Origin: Patescibacteria group bacterium | GTDB taxonomy: Bacteria; Patescibacteriota; Patescibacteriia; PEXW01 | Length of the DNA stretch: 48,297 bases | NCBI GenBank assembly: GCA_038065235.1 | Contig: JBBTRK010000004.1 | Location: 1-48,297, forward strand | Reading direction: 5' to 3' | Shown here: piece after piece, positions 47,164-48,297 of the stretch | Position numbering within the stretch: the stretch's first letter is position 1 | Layout of the letters: each line of letters opens with the position of its first letter | The notes under the pieces: model-generated | What the model saw: the letters and a program-made list of their open reading frames with translations, nothing else | Database searches by the model: none | What the model was told of the DNA's origin: nothing | Made by a program: the position numbers and the translations under genes

Positions 47164-47239
47164 TGGTCGGGGTGCCGGGACTTGAACCCGGGGCCTCGTC
47201 GTCCCGAACGACGCGCGCTACCAACTGCGCCACACCCCG
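47164..47239 (-). tRNA. tRNA-Pro (CGG)
   Basis: CGGGGTG acceptor, CGTCG-TTCGGGA-CGACG anticodon arm, GGTTCAAGTCC, CCA. Confidence 0.97.
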
Positions 47240-47297
47240 TTACTTAGTTGACTCTACCCAAATCAGTGCAGAGATGCAAGGCAACAAAATTGACGAT

Positions 47298-48047
47298 TTA
47301 CTCCAGGAGCAGGAGCAACGCCATCATGATGATGCCAAAAATGAAGAAGAAGAACTGCAGCACCGATCGACCTGTATGCTCCTCGCCGTGAATTTCTGGG
47401 AGTAGGTCTGCTGCAGCAATGTAGATGAAACCACCCAAGGTAATTGGGATAATAAACTGGACGAAATTTTCTATTCGTTGACCGAGAATGAGTGTTACAA
47501 CCGTTCCAAGAATTGCTAAACACGCAGTAAGAAAATTGAAGAAGAGTGCTTTCTTACGGGTATACCCTGCGTGCAAGAGAATACCGAAATCACCAACCTC
47601 CTGCGGAATCTCATGGAGGAAGACCGCAATCGTTGTCGCAATGCCCAGGGGAATGCTCACGAGGTAGCTTGCAGCGATAATTACGCCATCTAGGAAATTA
47701 TGCACCCCATCACTAATGAGATTCATGAGGCCAACGGGGTGTGGGTGTTGCTCGGTCGTTGGCATGTGGCAGTGCCGCCAGAAGAGAAACTTCTCTAGCA
47801 TGAAGAACACCACGATGCCAATAAGAACACCGAGCGAGACAGTTCGAACATTCGATGCCTTCTCTATTGCCTCGGGGAGCAAATGAAGGAAAGCGTCGCC
47901 AATCATTGCGCCAGCAGCGAAGCTGACCATGTAAAGCAAGAATTGGCGTAAACGATTTACGTTCATGAAAAACGTAAACACGCTAGCCAAGGAAATGAGG
48001 CTTACGATAACAACGCTTAGAATTGCTGCTGACCAAATATTTACCAT
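47298..48047 (-). CDS. ZIP-family metal transporter
   Basis: FLHLLPE, HNFLDG, HEIPQEVGD; start ATG 48047. Confidence 0.93.
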   Translation of the reverse strand: MVNIWSAAILSVVIVSLISLASVFTFFMNVNRLRQFLLYMVSFAAGAMIGDAFLHLLPEAIEKASNVRTVSLGVLIGIVVFFMLEKFLFWRHCHMPTTEQHPHPVGLMNLISDGVHNFLDGVIIAASYLVSIPLGIATTIAVFLHEIPQEVGDFGILLHAGYTRKKALFFNFLTACLAILGTVVTLILGQRIENFVQFIIPITLGGFIYIAAADLLPEIHGEEHTGRSVLQFFFFIFGIIMMALLLLLE

Positions 48048-48147
48048 ACAAGCAGTATACCATGGGGGCGACGGGTTGACGGGAGCTTCGGTCATCGTAT
48101 ACTCTGGGTATCCACAGAATTTAAAAACCAACAACCAAGGAGGGTAC

Positions 48148-48297
48148 ATGCCACAATGGGTAAAGCCGTTCCAAGCACTCCGCGCCCGGTTCCAGCGGCA
48201 AGCAAGCAACAGCCTGGCACAGGATGTGCAGCACGTTGAAGAGCACGAAGCAATCACTGTCGTAAATGGCAGAACGACCGAAATCGTTGGAAATTTC
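48148..48297 (+). CDS. Hypothetical protein, partial (runs off the right edge)
   Basis: TTGACG-16 bp-TATACT promoter (48076-48103), SD AAGGAGG, open frame MPQWVKPFQALRARF... Confidence 0.6.
   Translation, partial: MPQWVKPFQALRARFQRQASNSLAQDVQHVEEHEAITVVNGRTTEIVGNF

Overview
48.3-kb bacterial chromosome segment, most likely from a Patescibacteria/CPR genome. This is an inference from the gene set (DUF4012, DUF559, DUF212, sortase plus DUF11 adhesin, CAP protein), several near-leaderless genes and abundant REP-like hairpins. Core and envelope genes include lepA, murJ, tyrS, HU, dinB, mutM, uppS, a glycosyltransferase cluster, rnpB, tRNA-Tyr and tRNA-Pro. Two regions stand out. (1) 13.6-17.1 kb, minus strand: an apparent single unit running from a consensus sigma70 promoter to a terminator. 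It has a ~680-nt structured leader (kissing-loop candidate plus two covarying copies of an RNA motif I do not recognise) and five small Shine-Dalgarno-led membrane/secreted ORFs punctuated by a repeated double hairpin. (2) 26150-26444: a 'matryoshka' tRNA-Tyr, in which an intact gene framed by a perfect 21-bp inverted repeat sits inside a second tRNA-Tyr copy interrupted by hairpins. Other points: an expanded ~610-nt RNase P RNA, hairpins inserted in frame in genes, an AT-rich HAD/HIT/kinase island, and a GNAT-ASCH fusion facing a second ASCH gene. All RNA folds were derived by eye and no searches were run.
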